A stretch of 63,875 nucleotides of DNA, the filler included, from Chiloscyllium plagiosum (lineage: Eukaryota): assembly GCF_004010195.1 (NCBI RefSeq). It is 3 parts of one record of this genome, joined end to end, with 100 filler letters (N's around TTAATTAATTAA, not from the genome) between each part and the next. Parts side by side here need not be neighbours in the genome. Positions count along the whole stretch, not along the records: positions 60,355 to 63,875 come from NC_057711.1; 2 more parts are not named here. The stretch is one strand, 5' to 3'. The stretch's first letter is position 1, and every line of letters starts with the position of its first letter. Below are positions 62,533 through 63,875 of the stretch, piece by piece. A program made the position numbers and the translations under genes. The notes under the pieces are model-generated. The model made no database searches and was not told where the DNA came from. It worked only from the letters and a program-made list of their open reading frames with translations.

Positions 62533-63875
62533 CACCCGACCGGATTTCCCCCAGGGTGGTGAGGTGGGGAAGAAGGAGCTCGCTCAAAATGAAGGGAGGG
62601 ACATTGGAGATCACAACCCTCTGGGCCGTAACCTCCAGAGGGTCGACGGGGAGATGTGTCCCGCCCACGGCCAGGTGGACCGCCTGCTCGGTCTTTAGGA
62701 AAAATACAGCCATACATCCGGGCCGCAGCAACGATGGCCAGTGGGCCGACCACACTAGCCATGGCCTTGCTGCAGGCCTCAATGGACATGTTAGGGTGGG
62801 GATAGGCCTTGACCCCCAGGCGTTTGGTTAGGTGCCTGAAGGGGGTTGACGTCGCAGCTGGGGTTTGGACAGCCGAGCCCAAGGCAGCGGCTACCCCGGC
62901 GTAGGTGCGGCTGGGCCCCGCGACCTTCGGACTCGCCATACTCTGCTGCTGGACGTTGGCAGGCCCCAGGCAGCGGCGGTGGAGGTGGGCCTCCAGCAGC
63001 AGCAGTGGTGGAGGTTGTATGGAGGGGCCAAGGCGCGTCCCAGGCAGAGGTGGAGGAGGCAGGCCTCGGGCGAGTCCTAGGTTGGCCCTCGGTCGCGGCG
63101 GTGGGGGCAGACCTGTTGGGGAGGGTCCCCAAGGCAAATCCCAGGCAGCCCCAAAATTGAGTCCCAGGCAGTAGTGGTGGAGGGGCCCAAGGCGAGTCTC
63201 AGGCAGCGGCAGCAGGGGAGGCAAGCCTCAGGAAAGTCCTAGGTAGGCCTTTGGTCGCAGCGGTGAGGGGGCAGACCTGTTTGGGGAGGGTCCCCAAGGC
63301 AAGTCCCAGGCAGCCCCAAAATTGAGTCCCAGGCAGCAGCAGTGGAGGTCCTGGGGAGGGGCCCAAGGCGAGTCCCAGGCAGCGGTGGTGGAGGCAGCCC
63401 TCAGACAACAGCAGCAGTGGAGGCAGGCCTCTGGCAAGTCCTGGGCAGGCCTTTGGTCGCAGCCATGAGGGGGCAGACCTGTTGGGGAGGGTCCCCAAGG
63501 CAAGTCCCAGGCAGCCCCAAACTTGAGTCCCAGGCAGCAGCAGTGGAGGTGTGCCTTCAGCAGTGGCAGTGGTGGAGATCCTGGGAGGGGCCCCAAGACA
63601 AATCCCAGGCAGCAGCAGTGAGGTAGGCCCCAAACAGCAACAGCTGAGGAAAATCTGGGGGGGGTCCCAGAGACCAGCAGTGGGAGTGCTGGTCTCTTCT
63701 TCTTCTCCTTCTTCTTCTTTCTTCCTTCCTCTCTCTGAAGGGCAGCTGGTCCAGAGATAGTCCCCTTCAAGGAGAGTCCTTGCACATACACTCACAATAG
63801 GCAAACACCCAGGTGGCCAGTGACAAACACTGCCCTTCACATCAAAGGGCAGTGCTGTGTGATCAAAACAGTGAA

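Larger units (their letters stand above)
60036..63875 (-). mobile_element. Tx1-clade (L1-related) non-LTR retrotransposon: 5' repeats, disrupted ORF1, gap, 3' UTR with poly(A)
   Basis: ORF1 from ATG 62939: LTKRLGVK...SIEAC..AMASVVG..AIVAAARM/AVFFL, RVVISNVPPFI, IYSFRHQVFI and a CCHC knuckle CHLCREVGHIRKNC. Minus-strand AATAAA at 60063-60068 and A-rich tail at 60036-60051. GC/CpG-rich, so probably young. ORF2 is not visible and linkage across the gap is assumed. Confidence 0.88.

Overview
Vertebrate genomic DNA, most likely a shark (inferred from HE1-type SINEs and HER1/CR1-type LINEs). The only host gene I can support is MFSD3 on the + strand. Three coding exons splice in consistent phase (13135-13804, 32391-32538, 46017-46120) across 18.6 kb and 13.5 kb introns; the remaining exons were not found in the window. 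The window opens inside a ~7.2 kb satellite with a 46-bp unit. The rest is mostly transposon debris: CR1-type LINEs, a second LINE family, tRNA-derived SINEs, two Penelope-like retroelements, a Tx1-type element, a Harbinger transposase fossil, a MITE and a possible solo LTR. The most interesting signal is a set of about ten minimal hammerhead-ribozyme motifs (CUGANGA - stem II - GAAA - palindromic helix III) in about five sequence families. They sit on 140-240 bp Penelope pseudo-LTR-derived mini-elements, several with 13-15 bp target-site duplications and fold-back structure, all inside MFSD3 introns. Two 100-bp gaps contain an artificial TTAATTAATTAA linker. All calls were made by eye; repeat boundaries are approximate and no database searches were run.
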